Assembly (NCBI RefSeq): GCF_005696695.1
Contig: NZ_CP040006.1
Location: 2,328,134 to 2,360,133 of the forward strand
DNA: 32,000 nt
Direction of reading: 5' to 3'
From: Schaalia odontolytica
GTDB lineage: Bacteria; Actinomycetota; Actinomycetes; Actinomycetales; Actinomycetaceae
The first letter of the stretch is position 1. Each line of letters opens with the position of its first letter. The notes beneath the pieces are model-generated. The model did not search any database. It was not told the DNA's origin and saw only the letters and a list, made by a program, of their open reading frames with translations. Below are positions 31,905 to 32,000 of the stretch, piece after piece. The translations under genes and the position numbers were made by a program.

Positions 31905-32000
31905 CATGTGCGCGGACTACACTGCGACAATGTACGAGCGTCACGCACATCACCGAGAAGTCGTGACCGAACTCACCAGTATTTGTGACCGGAGGTTGCC

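Overview
High-GC actinobacterial (Actinomycetaceae-like, inferred) chromosome segment ending at the replication origin. The right third (about 25.4-32.0 kb, minus strand) is the conserved ori-proximal block rpmH-rnpA-yidD-yidC-jag-rsmG-parA-parB, followed by a DnaA-box cluster at the window edge. Six perfect 16-bp parS sites (TGTTTCACGTGAAACA) lie between 12.9 and 26.9 kb. The middle holds housekeeping genes (HAD hydrolase, ddl, PLP aminotransferase), a DUF4143 ATPase, and a five-gene minus-strand operon (13.0-19.6 kb). That operon matches the uncharacterised 'anchored-repeat' ABC transporter (TroA/ZnuA-like lipoprotein with an inserted repeat domain, two surface repeat proteins, ATPase, permease) and sits behind a Fur-family 7-1-7 box. 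The left 12.8 kb is an accessory, compositionally mosaic island. It contains a 1719-aa Type ISP restriction-modification enzyme with an AT-richer segment in its specificity region. Translationally coupled to it is a low-GC gene that is now a triple-hit pseudogene. A dead IS30 element with intact inverted repeats follows, then a DUF4062/TIR-like protein fused to a beta-sandwich domain. The island continues with a dead ISL3 element, a 6-TM membrane protein, and a DUF6318-like/PKD-like secreted pair. The best candidates for new biology are the decayed two-gene module behind the Type ISP enzyme, the anchored-repeat metal-uptake operon, and a 32-codon micro-gene bracketed by 16-bp direct repeats. 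No tRNA, rRNA or CRISPR array was found. All calls come from reading the sequence and ORF translations; no database search was run.
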